A stretch of DNA of 63,653 bases, counting the filler, from Octopus bimaculoides (lineage: Eukaryota): assembly GCF_001194135.2 (NCBI RefSeq). It is 9 parts of 9 records of this genome, joined end to end, with 100 filler letters (N's around TTAATTAATTAA, not from the genome) between each part and the next. Parts side by side here need not be neighbours in the genome. Positions count along the whole stretch, not along the records: positions 60,246 to 63,653 come from NC_068984.1; 8 more parts are not named here. The stretch is one strand, 5' to 3'. A model generated the notes under the pieces. The model had not been told where the DNA came from, searched no databases, and was given only the letters and a program-made list of their open reading frames with translations. This document shows positions 63,598-63,653 of this stretch, piece after piece. A program made the position numbers and the translations under genes. Numbering within the stretch: position 1 is the first letter of the stretch; the number at the start of each line of letters is the position of its first letter.

Positions 63598-63653
<56 letters not shown>
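63540..63653. repeat. Compound trinucleotide tract (AAC)n(AAT)n(AGT)n
   Basis: Direct reading; runs to the window end. Confidence 0.95.

Noticed and set aside
1-63653. CRISPR arrays, rRNA genes, operons or prokaryotic defence systems
   Set aside because: No regularly spaced repeat-spacer structure, no rRNA similarity and no gene-dense region; the sequence is eukaryotic non-coding DNA.

Overview
This is repeat-dominated, AT-rich eukaryotic (animal) genomic DNA with many N gaps. The very high microsatellite load, the tRNA-derived SINE families and the RTE/Penelope LINE content look like a cephalopod (Octopus-like) draft assembly; this is an inference, not a database match. I find no intact, recognisable protein-coding gene. 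Almost all ORF-track entries are translations of microsatellites or N runs. Supported content: many tRNA-headed SINE copies from at least 4 families; RTE-clade LINE fragments (AP endonuclease, linker, two C-terminal pieces, one ending in three C2H2 zinc fingers); a restriction-like-endonuclease (HERO/NeSL-type) non-LTR remnant; a Penelope-like GIY-YIG fragment; a decayed mariner transposase; a Gypsy LTR with PBS and gag start; TTAA (piggyBac-type) and hAT-type MITE ends; and a Helentron/HINE-like element. The most interesting signals are an apparently intact minimal type I hammerhead ribozyme (minus strand, 7909-7961) plus degenerate relatives, the triple-zinc-finger RTE tail, a consensus CTCF-type motif beside a tandem CCAAT-bearing 105-bp array, and several unproven exon candidates. 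Eight 44N-TTAATTAATTAA-44N blocks are artificial scaffold joins, so distances across them are unreliable. Most repeat boundaries were read by eye and are approximate.
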